Below are positions 63,575 to 64,000 of a stretch of DNA of 64,000 nt, one piece after another. The notes below the pieces were generated by a model that was not told the origin of the DNA, did not search any database, and saw only the letters and a list, made by a program, of their open reading frames with translations. Both the position numbers and the translations under genes were made by a program. Origin of the DNA: Phyllosticta citribraziliensis (Eukaryota); contig NW_027117338.1 of the NCBI RefSeq assembly GCF_038025025.1, forward strand, positions 434,001 to 498,000, read 5' to 3'. Within the stretch, counting starts at the first letter, position 1; every line of letters starts with the position of its first letter.

Positions 63575-64000
63575 GCCAGCAAATCCGATTCGAGTCAGCG
63601 CAGCATCGAACTGGGCGAGGATTATTAGTCCCGCCCGACAACGAGGGAAAAGACTGGTGACAAAGTTCAGGGAGGCCCGTGTACCAACTCATTGGGCGCA
63701 GTGGCGTCACTAGTGGCTGATCAATTTATGTTGTTTTGACGCGTCCTCTGCTAGAATAAGAATATACAGCATATCACAGTTCCAGATTTTCTCACTGATG
63801 ATTGTGAAGACGACGACACCCCTCGCGCCAGGCGTCATCAGCCACACGCACCCAAGACAGACGCGGAGCATGCCGATTCGGAGCGTGATGAGCTTGCCGT
63901 CTTCTCCAGTGGCGGCACGCTTCGCCGTGGCCGCAACCGCGGGCGTGAATCTATTCCGCAATTTGCCACTGGAGTCGAGGAGCCTGAGCGCTCTAACTCT

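Noticed and set aside
63710..64000. Possible 3' end of a minus-strand gene at the window edge
   Set aside because: Too short and truncated to support a call.
1..64000. CRISPR arrays, rRNA/tRNA genes, transposons, telomeric repeats, RIP-degraded AT-rich blocks
   Set aside because: None recognised by eye. No transposase, RT or recombinase motifs and no long TIR/LTR pairs were seen; small RNAs could have been missed without covariance-model searches.

Overview
Eukaryotic, intron-containing DNA from a filamentous ascomycete. Evidence: short GT-AG introns with CTRAC branch points, GC-rich codons and microsatellite-rich intergenic DNA; a Dothideomycete origin is an inference only. About 1-36 kb is mostly core genes: an SBF/RCH1-like transporter, VTI1, an FAD oxidoreductase, Cnl2/NKP2, EAF3, a PTH11-like membrane protein, a DUF4050 protein, TSR1, ARG8, a GDSL esterase, an HMG-box transcription factor, a wax-synthase-type acyltransferase and an HSL-family lipase. 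About 37-64 kb looks more accessory. It holds a Rossmann-fold enzyme, three intronless orphan paralogs of a family I do not recognise (39.2-41.3 kb), and a four-gene sugar/polyol catabolism cluster (transketolase, polyol dehydrogenase, Zn2Cys6 regulator, aldose reductase). Further right are a small secreted Cys-rich protein, a Zn-finger orphan, a divergent SNF2-like ATPase and a PIP-box orphan. The most notable observations are the orphan paralog triplet with a duplicated upstream block, a probable alternative first exon inside the large EAF3 intron (giving a chromodomain-less MRG isoform), and the kinase-less sugar cluster. Exon boundaries were read by eye and may be off by a few bases; family assignments come from motif recognition, not database searches.
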